A DNA stretch of 64,000 bases. Source: Paramecium tetraurelia. Lineage: Eukaryota. Every line of letters starts with the position of its first letter. Position 1 is the first letter of the stretch. Below the pieces are notes generated by a model. The model saw only the letters and a program-made list of their open reading frames with translations, was not told where the DNA came from and searched no databases. Below, piece by piece: positions 1-12,802 of the stretch. Position numbers and translations under genes: made by a program. The stretch lies in the NCBI GenBank assembly GCA_000165425.1, contig CT868048.1, forward strand, positions 124,001-188,000, written 5' to 3'.

Positions 1-99
1 GAATCGATTAACTAACTTTGTCGCCTATAGATTGTACAAAGCCTAAGTTGTAATTCTGAACATTGGATTAAAAATATATAAAATAAGATATTATTAATT

Positions 100-504
100 A
101 TGATCAAGAAATTCCTGCTCATGCCTATAATTAGCTACGTTGTTTATTTGTCAATTCAAATTCACAGAAATGAAACCCATGTCATTTCCATATTGAATAT
201 TGTTGCCAACATGACTGGATTTTAATCGATTGATAATACAACTTGGATCATTATCTTTAATGTCATTGCATTTTCAATTTTATTTGGCATTTCCTACATC
301 AATTATGCATTAGCCATCTTATAATTTATTGTCCTCTTTTTACACGTATAGACTTTGGATGACTTCGAAATCACAGAATTAAGTCAAGCATTTAAAATTG
401 TTGCTGCTGATATTGCCATCCTTGGAATCTTACTAGCATCAATTAATTAAAAAAATCAGTAAAAAGTTGAAGATGAAACACAACCCAAAGAAAAACAAGA
501 ATGA
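100..504 (+). CDS. Small multi-pass membrane protein (134 aa) with C-terminal KxKxx-type ER-retrieval motif
   Basis: Intronless ATG100..TGA504 with TAA/TAG=Gln; hydrophobic segments (TWIIIFNVIAFSILFGISYINYALAILQFIVLFL; IVAADIAILGILLASI); ends PKEKQE*. Confidence 0.75.
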
Positions 505-521
505 TCAATTTAATTAATATT

Positions 522-579
522 TATCTGTATTATAATATATAGTATATACATATCTGTATTATAATATATAATATATACA
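522..579. repeat. 29-bp tandem duplication (2 copies, 1 mismatch) between convergent genes
   Basis: tatctgtattataatatatagtatataca / tatctgtattataatatataatatataca. Confidence 0.85.
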
Positions 580-696
580 CTCCTATTATCATACATTCAC
601 TATCAGTACAGAACACGACTAAGTGTGAATGACAAGGATTACATCGCATTTACTAATAAATCCTGTAAAATTATTATTGATATAAAAATGAATATC

Positions 697-1670
697 TCAA
701 CCTTACTAATCTTATTGGTCACCATCTTATTTTTATTAATCAGAATCTTGTGCTGGTTCAGTCTAGAAGATCTGTGTTTCAAAGATTTCCTTTTCAGGAG
801 TAGGTAACCATCTGGGTACTTCAGCACTCTTATTCGTTTTAAGATGTCTATTAAGTTCTTCTTCTTCTTTGATCATATGATTGTACTCATCCAGAGGTAG
901 ATTTTTGGCTTTTTCCAATCTTGATGTCAATTTCTTCTAAACCTCCTGTGATCTCATCAATTTTTGCATCATATATGACTCTTCCATTTCCAACCTTTCC
1001 TATAAAGCCCTATTGTATTCGCTAGCTCTCTTATTTTCCAATTTTGCCCTAAAGCAGATCTTAACGCATATTACCTTTAATTGTCCTTCTGAATATGAGA
1101 TAGTTTCTCATTCCAAAACAGAGATACATTAGTTTTTGATTTTGATAAATTTCCCTTAATCAATTCTCTTCTCTCTCTGTTCTTTACCATAAAGTCTTAC
1201 TTTTATTTACTAATGACTTCAGAGTTCTTGATAGATATTTCTCTAGATAGATGATATTTAGTAAGAGTACTTAATTCTTTTGTATTCTTCTAATTTGATT
1301 TATTCCATAGCTTTCTTAATCAGCTCCAATTATTCTTCTTGTTATTTTTTAAGACTATAATTTAATTTCTATTTATCTTTCAACATTACTTCGTCATTCT
1401 TCTAACTTAGTTTTTTCTATTTATTTTCCAATACATAATATTAATTACTTATTCAATCTATGTATGATGATTCATTTTCAGTTCAACCATGGATTTTGTT
1501 TTCTTTTTAGTTTCATCAATTCTCTTAGATAACTGAGCATCCCCTCTCTTCAATAATTTAAGTCTATTCTTCATCAATAAGATATCTTTCTCAGTCTCTT
1601 AGCGTTATTTCCGAGTATGCCATACAGTTTCTTCATTTTCCCTTTAGAAAGATTGAGGGGAAGTCTTCAT
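697..1670 (-). CDS. Hypothetical coiled-coil protein
   Basis: MKTSPQSFQRENEETVWHTRKQRQETEKDILLMKNRLKLLKRGDAQLSKRIDETKKK...EVPRWLPTPEKEIF...QDQQG*; tiny introns; K/E/Q-rich. Confidence 0.65.
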
Positions 1671-1776
1671 TTTTATATTTATTTAATGAAATCAGATTTT
1701 ATTTGCCTTCGAAAACATTTATTTAGAGATTCGATATATCATATTGATATCCAAAACGATAAATTACTGTTACTTA

Positions 1777-3066
1777 ATGTAAATAGAGAATTTTATCAAT
1801 TAGACTGAAGGACTAACAAAATATTCAATAAGTTTAAATTGGTCTGTAGAAATTAGTTGGAATAACTTGAACTCAGATCCTGCTTTTGGATTAGTGATCA
1901 ACTAAAAAATTAAATGGTTCCATGCTAAGCCCAAAATAATAGAAACGCTGAGAACCACACTTAAAAAACGCATTACTTCTACTGATTTTTAAGTATTTTA
2001 TAATCTAGGATCGCACATATCCAAAGGCCAAAATAGTTATTGCTATGAATTCATTTCAAATGGTGATTATTAATTGAATTATGTTGCTAAACTTATAAAA
2101 CAAGAACAAATTAGAGACATAAACTAATTATACAATGAACTAAATATACTTAAAATATTGAATCATTAAGGACTTCCTAAATTGGTTGAATTCTTTAGAA
2201 CAAATAATACTTATTATATTGTAATGGAAAAAATAGAGGGATAAAAATTGAGTAGATTGAATTCGACAAAAAAACAATAATTAAGTTTAATTTAGATATA
2301 GTCAATTATCATCGAGTGCTTAAAGATTTTATAATACCTAGAATAAATATAAGTAATCCATAGAGACATCCAGCCAGACAATATTATCTATGATCAAAAA
2401 CTGCAAACTGCATCAGTGAGATTAATTGACTTCGCCAAAGCTTCCATTTCTGGTTCTGATCAAAAAATATTAGGTACTCCTGGATTCATAGCTCCTGAAA
2501 TTTTAAGGGAAAACAAATATTCTACAGAATCAGACATGTTCTCTTTGGGTTGTGTATTTTATAAATTGTAAATTAGTTAGTTTAATAATTTTAGATTGGT
2601 TAAATAAGATCTATTTTAAGGAGTCAGTAGAGATGATACTTTGAAAGAAAACCAAAAATGCTTATTTAATCTAAGGAATCTTCAATTAATACGAATTCCA
2701 TAAAGTGCTTAACATTTACTTTCTTAAATGTTGTAAATCGATCCTAAACAAAGGATCAAGCCAATTGAAGCATTAAATCATCATTTCTTTAAAGAAAATA
2801 TGGACAATCTTGCATCTCCAAAGATAAGAGCAAAAAATTTATCATTACATTAATCTATTCATAACTTGGATGCCATTTTGACCAGCCCTTCATAAAATTA
2901 ATTGATTTTGCTGGATTAATAAATAAGAATTGATTACTTTTAAAATGAACTACCTCCAATAAACTAAGTCCCAGTTATGAAATAAGTCAAAGGAGGATAC
3001 CGTTCTAGTCCTCAAACTGAAACTGATACTTCAAAGAAAAGCCAGACTGAAAATATATCAAATTGA
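1777..3066 (+). CDS. Ser/Thr protein kinase-like (CAMK-type fold) with atypical catalytic motifs
   Basis: YVAKLI, NELNILKILNH, YIVME, IHRDIQPDNII, LIDFAKA, GTPGFIAPE, SDMFSLG; one intron ~2568-2594; TGA 3064-3066. Confidence 0.85.
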
Positions 3067-3622
3067 TATAATTCTCATAAAATTAATAATCTTTGAAATT
3101 AAAATCTAAAAGTAAAAAATAATAGTCTTAACTATTTTTGTTTCATATTTTAATATTTGAAATTATTATGGAAAATAAATTTTGCATATTTTTTATTGAA
3201 AATGTATATTTTGATCTCTAAAATTTACTTGTTGTCTATAAATTCAGGAATTGAATAATAATTTTGAGTTGAATAGATAAACGAACTAGAATAATTACGA
3301 TTTTATAGCATGACTAGATGGTTACTCAACTGAAATTTAATCTAAAATATGATCAATATATTAGCCTATAATGAACTTTAACAATAATATGAAAGCAGTT
3401 ACTCAAATTGTAGTGTTTTATGAGATTTAAATATTAAGAGTTTGAAATAATAAATTACTATATTTTGATAAAGAAAGTGCATGAAAATAATTGGTTTTTT
3501 CGTCTAAATAAAAATCAAAGTGCTTTGTGAAGTAGATAGATAAGTTTTAAAGAAAATAAAGAAGAAATACATTTCATGAGTTTTATTATCATTTATTTGA
3601 ATTAACAATTATAAAATAATTA

Positions 3623-4613
3623 ATGATTAAATTGCGGTAACTATTTCGTTTCTCAAAGATTCAAAATAAAAGTTCAATTGATGGAATCATTGAATAAAGA
3701 AGAACAATTAATCGATAATTTTCAAAGGAAGAATTACAAGGCAGAGATTTATAAATATTTTGGCATAGTCCTTAAACAGATATTGTAATTTAACTTGTAC
3801 TCTATATGAGGTATTAATATTATTAAATTAGACATGATTGTCATCTTTGTTAAAAAGCCTTCTCTATATTGAATTATTACAATATCAGTTTTGATAAAGT
3901 CGAAAATATGTTGTTTTTAGATTTCGCAAAGAAAGCAAAGGTAATTACTCTTGAGAAATGGGAATGGCCAGTCTTGAAAGTAAATGTCTCTCTAGATTCA
4001 ACATAATTCGTAACAGGCCCAGAAAACATTGTTTCTTTTCTGATAAACAAAGAATTAATCTTGAATCCTAGTCACATGACCAATACAATAGCTGCCCAAT
4101 AAGGAATTGAGTGCGTCATGCAGAAAATTAAAAAACCATTAGACTTGATCTTCTTAAATCCCATGCTAACATGGCAAAACCTTTTCAAATCAAGTCCAGA
4201 TTCCTATGCTAAAGATTCTAAGAATTATTTACTCATTAATTATATGTTAAAGGTTGGATATAGAGCATTTACCTAAAGTACAAGAAACATTTACTAAATG
4301 ATAAGATAAAAGGAAGCCTATTTTAAAGCTTAAACAGAACTACTTGAAGGTTTGAATGAATGGATTTAAAGGTTAAATGGATAACAGTTTCATGGAGGAT
4401 AGAAACCAGATGAAGCAGATTTTGAAGTATTGAAATTAATTTATCTAGTTATTTGGTGTAATAATGAGCAGATACAATAGCAATTCCTTTAAGAAATTTA
4501 TAGAAAACAAAGCGCCATTTAAATTCTATTAATGGGTGTTAAGAATGTAGCAATCATGTAGATATGATTAAAACCGCTTTTATGCAAACACTGATACAAA
4601 TGTTATGGAATGA
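3623..4613 (+). CDS. Prostaglandin E synthase 2-like glutaredoxin/GST-fold protein, probably mitochondrial
   Basis: Basic presequence MIKLRQLFRFSK; LYMRHDCHLCQKAFSILNYYNISFDKVE (Grx CxxC); LNEWIQRLNGQQFHGGQKPDEADFELFGVIMS (GST-C signature of the PTGES2 family); 2 tiny introns. Confidence 0.75.
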
Positions 4614-4942
4614 AATTTAGTAAAGATTTTATCAAAAATTTATAAATTTTTTACTATAATTATTTATAGATTACCTCAATAAATTATTAAGCTTCCGAAT
4701 TATGTCTTAAGTTATTTAATTTTGATCATATTACAGATTGATCAAAAAATATAAAAGTTTCAGATCAATAGAGAATTCAAAAATTTGTAAAACATAAGTG
4801 ATAAATTAAAATAAAATTTATGGATAACAATTTGAATTATCAACTTCATTAATTAGTGTGTATAAGGTTTTGATTAGTGTTTTATGGTAACATAATTATT
4901 TTCTATTAAATAATTTGGAAATATATTAATTTAATATAAGGA

Positions 4943-5347
4943 ATGAATGAAGCTCCTGACCCTTAAAAAATGACTTCTATTGAAAAATTTGGAACTTCAA
5001 ATCAAGAATAATAGAATTAATAAACTTAAAAAGAGGCACAATTCTTTAATTCGTATAAATCAAATATTCAAGTTGATAAAAGAGAACATTTTATTGAATA
5101 CAAACCTTTTCACACTAACTAAACCTTAAACAATTAAGCTCACTTTCCATTAGGAATATCAATGAACTTAAATAATTCATTCTAAATTAAGCAAAATCAA
5201 AAAGAAATTGAATAATCTAGAAAAGAAAAAGAAATTCGCATATAAGATCTAAAGAATGTTGCATAAAAGGCAGTTTAAAGAAGGAAAGAAAAAGTTCTTG
5301 AAAAATACTTGTAGCCTAATTAAAATATAATTGATGACTATCTTTGA
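4943..5347 (+). CDS. Hypothetical protein (134 aa)
   Basis: Uninterrupted frame MNEAPDPQKMTSIEKFGTSNQE...KEKVLEKYLQPNQNIIDDYL*; no recognised domain. Confidence 0.55.
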
Positions 5348-5782
5348 TGGATATATATATTTTAATTTATTATATAAACAAGAATTCTCTAATTATAACT
5401 AATGCTATTGCTAAATTCAGAGACTTAGTAAATTTTAAAAAATCGCTTAAACTCTAAAGAACTCTCTTATAGCATATATTGATTTAGGAGTGTTGATATA
5501 ATATTTGTATTTATGAAATATCTAACTACAATGCTCTCTCCTTTTTATTCGACTTTATAGGATCAAATAATAAATTCTAATAATTAAGAACTATGTACAT
5601 AATAGAATTAATAATATTTTAAAAATAACCAATTATTGGAATTTTGAAAATAAGGGTTGTGTTTGATATTAAATAAATCTAATAATATATGTCTTAATCA
5701 TATAAAATTAATTGCAAATAGAAAACCTTATTTTAGTAAAGTTAATACTATAGATGTTAATATTATGTATAATAAGAATTAT

Positions 5783-7134
5783 TCAATTATCTTGTGCCTA
5801 CTTCTACTGCATAATAATTTAATAGATTTAATCTGCATCGATTGCTGAATATATTGGATTGTCTTGACTATCCTCATAATCATCTTCATCCTCTTTGTCA
5901 AAAAATTTAGTGTAACACCCTGGAAATACTTCTTTATCAATTTTTATTTTGCCTCTCACAGTTTTGATTTTATCATCCTTATCTTGTTTCATAAGTTCAT
6001 TTTTCTTCTTTTCTATCAATTTCATTTATTTCTTAGCCAATAAAGCTGTTCTTTTTTAAACAGGAGGCTTGCTTTTCTCAGATTTCTATTTATCTTTGCT
6101 ACTCATGATATCCATAACATCAACCAATAAGTCAGTTTTTAAAGTTGCCTTCTGAATTTTAGCCTCATTATACCAATCATAAAATGTTTGATTTTAATCT
6201 GTATTGCAAACACAATAAATTGGACTCTACTTAATTTCTTCCATGTCTGCTTTTGTGAAATTGGTTCCTCCAGTAACTTTGTTGATTTCCTATTCAGTTC
6301 TGAGTACATCTTCATCTTCAGTGTTTTCTGGACTTGAACTTTATAGAAGTGCTTCATCCCATCTTTTAACTTTAGTTGGCTTTTTATACTTGATTTTCTT
6401 TCTTTCATCCATTTTAATGAAATCTGGAGTTTCATCAGATGGTTTCAATTCATTACAAGCAATCAACACAATTAAATCAATAATGAATATGTTTTAGAGG
6501 ACTCTTGCAAACTTTTCTGGAGTGATCATCTTCTTCAATTCTTCTGTAATCACTTTATAATCTTCTTTGTGATTGTCTACGACATAAGTCAATAATTTGA
6601 TTAGCATTTAACAACTTTATATGATTTCTCTAGCAGATTGATCTTTAACACTGGCTGGTTCTCTGGCATTGATTTCCAAGATTCTTTTTTTTGTTGTATC
6701 TCTCATGTTTTCAATTTTAGGTTAATTGTAGGCTACCATCTTACCCATCATTCTATTAAGATCAACTAATTTGAATTAGAAGTGTGCATAGAATTTTTGA
6801 CTCAAAAAACATTTGTCTCTAATTTAACCAATAGCTTCATATTCAGCCTTGACTGCATCCCAATGACATTTATATTTGACACAAATATGCCAATGAGTGA
6901 CTGTTTCTTCTGCTGAAAATATTTGTCTATTAATTTTTGGATCTATGGCTCTCCATCTAGCTTACACCATTGGTTTATGGGGGATAGAAAGTCCATAAAT
7001 CGTTTTCATTTGTCTAGTAATTTCTGCCCATTTGGCTTCTCCAAGTGTGCCAACCAATTCAGTCAATACTTCGTCAAACTAATGTTAATATTTATCTATA
7101 CCCTGGGTGTATATATAGGATTATGTTTAGGCAT
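5783..7134 (-). CDS. Myb/SANT-domain protein (two divergent Myb repeats), putative transcription factor
   Basis: MPKHNPIYTPR|FDEVLTELVGTLGEAKWAEITRQMKTIY...QARWRAIDPKINRQIFSAEETVTHWHICVKYKCHWDAVK; acidic C-terminus matches ORF-track 5828..6025. Confidence 0.7.
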
Positions 7135-7270
7135 ATAATAAAAACAATTTTATTATACTAAACTGGCCTTTTGATTATGTTACTCAATTATCCCAAATTA
7201 ATGCAATGATAATGTAAAATGCCTTATAATATTTTTCTCTAATTTTAATATTAATATATATCGATATTAA

Positions 7271-8478
7271 TCATTTCTTTCCATAAGAAGTTTAATTAGC
7301 CATTTCCAATACTTATTATTTGAAAATATGAATAACCTCGTCGATTATGGCATTTTCCTCTTAAATGTTAATTTCAAACTCTTACCATTTCTTCTATTCA
7401 ACTCAGTCTCATACAAGTCTCTCAACTCTTACAAGGAAGCTGTAGCTGCATTTATAGCATTTTGAGAATCCTTCAATACACTGTTGGCTTTGGCTTACAC
7501 AGCAAGGGCAGCTTGCTCTTACTATACAATTATAGCCAGACTTACATACCACAACCAATTTGTCTTATAATTAAGTCTTTCTCTAGATTTCATCATTGAG
7601 ATGAGCCACTTCAGATTCTGTATCTGCCAACCAATCGGCTAATTGATAATAGGCTGCAATCTCATTGGCTTCCAAATTGGCTAACGATCCTTTCAACTAA
7701 TCCTCGAGATCTGAAAGAGCATTATAAACCAATTGACCAATGTTGTGTCCTGGTTGTCTGTCTGATGATGATCCTTCATCTTGACCAAGAGCATGCAACT
7801 CTGCATTTCCTGATGCCTATTCTGCTGCTAATTGTGCAAATTTGGTCATTGCATCTTGATTAAACAGTTGACTGTATTATTTCAATTTGTCTGATACATT
7901 TTACACATTCACTTCAACCAATGAGGATGGTTAACCTGTCAAATAACCACTTAAATCATTCTTTAATATTCTGATCACTCCCAAAGCATCATTATGTTAT
8001 TTGATGGCTCTCACAAACAAACCATTTGAAAAACATCTCAACTCCTATAATTCAATGGATCTTCTATCAATATCAGCTAATCTTTATGTAGCCCAAGCTA
8101 TGTAATCTGTTGCTTCCTATACATTCATATCACTCTAAACGTTACTCTGTATTCAACTCCAATTTATTCTCTTCTAGCCTTAGCACTTGCCCATGCTTTT
8201 TGGTTCAACTCGTTCACTTTCGATAAAGCAGCTATTCTAGCCTATCCAATTTCCTCATCTGAAATGTTCTTCTCATCTGCCACTCCCTAAGCTTCGATAT
8301 TGCTTGTCTTCAAATCATTCAATAAATCGTAAACAGCCTATACTGCATCATTTGATTCAGATCCTGTCTTTTGGTTAATTAGTGCAATTATTCATACTTG
8401 TAAAAGCAACTAGAAGTCAATTTCAAATCCTCTGATGCTAATTAGACATATCAGTGATAACACTAACACCTTATTCAT
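7271..8478 (-). CDS. Trichocyst matrix protein precursor (TMP / granule lattice family)
   Basis: Signal peptide MNKVLVLSLICLISIRG; DAVQAVYDLLNDLK; A/Q/E-rich heptads; CFSNGLFVRAIKQHNDALGVIRIL; C-terminal ENAIIDEVIHIF. Confidence 0.8.
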
Positions 8479-10050
8479 ATTATAAAGAATATAATTATTA
8501 AATAAAACGGTAAACTACGTTCATTATCCATTGATATCACAATAAATACAGAATAATAACTATCCATATAAATCTGCTTTCTCAATAAGTCCAAGTTTTC
8601 CTGTATTTCATTTTCTATATTCCTTATCCTTTTGAATTTCGTTTTATAATAATGTATGTCTAGAACCATTCTAAATCCTACCTAGTTACAAATAAAATTT
8701 GGAGTAAATTTTGAAATTTCGATATTCTTTATTGATTAATCATTAATTATCATACTACTGTTTTAGAAATTAAACATTAAAAATTGAATTTATTTACATT
8801 TCTATTAATTAGACAATCAGAATCCAATTTAAAATTGAATTTTACATGATAATAAGATTCCATATATTAATCGTTGTTTTTATCACTTTATTCACATTTC
8901 TTAAAATACCTATCCAATCCTAATACATAATTTGTAAAATATAAACTCCCCTTGAGATCAGATGAAAACATTATGTTTTCTACTAAAAGTGGTTTCTTAT
9001 ATAAAAATCTTGCCTTAATTAATAATCTGTGATAATATCAAAAAATATATTTATTAATTTTATTAATACACTTATCAAACTTCAAATTTCATTAATCTAA
9101 TCTAAGAGTACTAAAAATTGTTAAAATTATCAAGGAACTTTACTACGTGATATAATGACTATGCCAAATCTAAAAATAGAAAATCTCAAGTAGAGATTGA
9201 ATCTAATGTTTTGATGAATTGATTGCAACAACCACTCAAATTAGGCTCATTTATATAATTTAAACATAATTCATGCGAATAAATTAATTATTATTATAAG
9301 TACTTGAATAAAATAGAAATCCTTAACTATCATCATCATCCCATTAAGTAAATTAAAAAGATCGAAGTGGATGAATATGATTTTAAAATAATGATAAGAT
9401 CTATTTTTAAATTCATTTACTGAAAAAGAAAATTTGAGGCAATTTCCTATTGAGTAATAATAAAATGTAAAAATGGGAAAAAATGCTAAAAACGGTACTT
9501 AGTTGGAGTAAGGTGGAATGGACGTTTAATAAGAATTTACTTAATTCTAATAACAATTAGATATGAAAGGAATTCAAGCTTTTTGATTTAGAAAGACAAT
9601 AATAACAAATTAAAAGTACTGAGGTATCTATGTTTAAATATATTTAAGAAATTAAAGCATTTTAAATTAGATAGACATAAAAAGCACTAATAATATCGAA
9701 AAAATACTATCTTGCAATTGCAATTGAAATTGATGACCAATCAAAAATAAATTTTATTCTGTTTTGGTATTGGTATATTCATATGGGAATATTTTATTTT
9801 TAAACTTTTATATTTTAATTATTTAATATGTTCTAGAATAAGATACTTTTGCACAAAATAAATTAAATTATAGCAAATTAACATACCATTTTGCTCATTC
9901 AAATTATAAATTTATTATAATCTACAAGGGAGTGTGAGATATTGGAATAGAGATAAATAATTATATAAATATTATTGTAAGTGAAAAATCAACGAAACTC
10001 TTTATTGATAATAATTAATTTTCATCAAATATATTTTTCATTTAATATAA

Positions 10051-12720
10051 ATGAACACAAATAGGACAGAGAATTGTCTCTTACAGGATTTTTATTTTGG
10101 ACCATGTATAGAGTAATGTGAAGTAAATTTATATAAAAAAGATTCACCTTCAAAAATATCTATTTATTCAGAATCAAGCTAAAAGCCTTAATAAATTCCA
10201 TAAAATGATGGATAACCACCAATAAACTATTAAATTTAGAAATTAAAATACTAAATGGCCAGCCAAAATTCAACCAATTAGCAAGTCTAAAACAATTTTA
10301 TCAAGGTAAGTAGAAGAAACTTAATGGAGGGAAGGAATCAATAATTGGATAAAAATGAAAAGATTGGCAAGTTAGAGACACCTAATATTATTAAAGCAAT
10401 AATAAATTCAAGTTTGATTAATAAGTTTAAACATAATTTGCTTTCTTCATCTTATGTGATACCTTAGAGGATGAAAAAAATACTGGAAAACGAAGAATAT
10501 TTATAAGAGTTAAAAGATAAACCAAAATCAACAAATTAAGTGTTTGAGTTGTAATAATTTATTTTATTATGCAAGGTAATAAATACATAATTTGCACCAA
10601 AAAATGTTAATTTACTTATTAATGCCTGATAGAAACTTTACTTTAATTTGGGATTTGATTTCATTACTTCTGTTATTTATCTCTCTATTTTTATCCTCAT
10701 TCATACCTTCCTTTGGCTAGCATATTAATACATTTAAGTCTATAGAAATTATGATATTTTGTTATAATATTTTGGAATTTTTGTTTTCAATACATCGGCC
10801 AATTATAATTAACACTGAAGTTGTTGTTGAAATTACATAAATATGGAAAAATTATTTAAAAACCTAATTGTTAGAAGATCTAATCAGTTTTACTATTTGG
10901 TTTTTAATTTATTTTGATTTTGATTTAAAATTTATTGTAAATGAAACCATGGCGATTATTTAATTTATAATTATTATTAGGAAGATAAATAGGAAATATA
11001 ACATTTTGATAGAGCAACTATTCTTAAAAGGATTTAATAGTAATATATTGAATATCGTCACTTTAATAATTACTATTTATTTTTTTGCACACACAATGGC
11101 ATGTTTGTGGCATTATGTAGGAGAACTCACTTAAAAATAAGGTTCTTGGCTGAGTTATTACAATGTTCTTGATGAAAATATATGGATTAGATATAATTAT
11201 TCTTTTTATTGGGCAACAATGACTATGGTAACTGTAGGATATGGTGACATTACGCCTAAGAATCAATCTGAAGTAACATTTGCTACTATTATTATGCTAT
11301 CCTCTAGCTGTATGTTTGCTTATACTATGAATTCTATTGGAGTAATTGTCAAAGCAATATATGATTAATAAACAAAGTTTAAGTAATCAAGTATCATATT
11401 TTTAGACGAACTTTAATTTTAATGAATTAATTCATGTCCAAAAATGATGTAGATTAACAAATACAAAGAAGAGTAAAAAATTACATCAAGTATAATATTG
11501 GCAATAATGTGCTTGAAAATCAGGAGGAAACCACTAAAATAATTAATGAATTACCACTAAATCTAGTGAAATAAATAGAATAAAACATTCAATATAAGGT
11601 AATCTCAAAAATCAAAGTGATTACCGATAATTTCTAAATTTCAACCTTAAATAAATTAAACAATATCTTAGTTGAAATGAAGTTTACACCTAATGATTAT
11701 ATTTATCATAGGAATGATTATAAGGATAAATATTTGTACAATATTATTATTTATGCATTTAGATATTTTATTAAAGAAGGCGAAGTGTAAGTAGTTGAAG
11801 AACAGAGTTAGAAAATCGTAAAGATATTGAAAGCTGGAGAAACGTTTGGAGAATTTCAGTTTTTTACAGGTCAAAATACGAGAGAATCTATAAAAAGTGT
11901 TGGATTCACTCAATTATACAAAATAGATAGAGAACAATTTATAAATATCATCAAAAATAATCAAAAAGATTTTGAACGATTTTTTAAGATAAAAGATAGC
12001 ATTCTTTATTCAAAATAATTTTCAGCTATTTCTATGAAATGCCATCTTTGTGGCTAATATACTCATATATAAATGGAATGTCCGTTTATGACTTATTAAC
12101 CCAATTTATATATTAATATTTTGAAAACGAATCAATCGCATATAAATAATAGGATTTCCTAAAGTAGATAAAATATAAAATTTAAATCATTAATAATTAT
12201 CTAATAAAATTAATAAATTATAAAATAAATCTAAGAAGACTATCTAGATTCCATAAATACAGATAACATGGTCAAATATTAAGTATCAGACTCATTAAGT
12301 TGTAGTTAAGAGTCTGAATTAATCTCGGAGAATAAATTTGTATCAAACAAGTCACTTCCAAAACAGGATTCTAAAAAAAATACATTTGTGGAAATTAAAT
12401 ACTGTGATAAATTAAATTCGAGAAAAATAGATAGTGAAAAGCACAACTAATCTTAGATAATTTAAAACAATAAACCTTCCTTAATAGTTAATGAAAAAAG
12501 AAAAATTATGAGAAAAGAAACGCTTATTTTTCGTTAATTAGATTAATTTCAAAGATAATTTCATTAATATGAATTAGAAGGATTTGATAAAATTCATAAT
12601 TTCTCAGAGTATCTACCTCATAACAATTTCAATTGTATAATAAAATAGTTCTACAAAGAGAAATATAAATTTAAAAACAAAAAATCAAGTAAAGGAGGAA
12701 GTAGTAAAAAAGAGCAATGA
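10051..12720 (+). CDS. Voltage-gated K+ channel with cyclic-nucleotide-binding domain (EAG/CNBD-like)
   Basis: Six-TM region; FFAHTMACLWHYVG; pore YNYSFYWATMTMVTVGYGDITPKN; CNBD GETFGEFQFFTGQNTRESIKSVGF; C-terminal FDKIHNFSEYLPHNNF; tiny introns. Confidence 0.92.
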
Positions 12721-12802
12721 TATTTAAATTGTATAATTATTTAATCTATTTATTTTAATTTGATATTGATAAAATAAATTACAATAAATTATGAAAAGCA
12801 AC

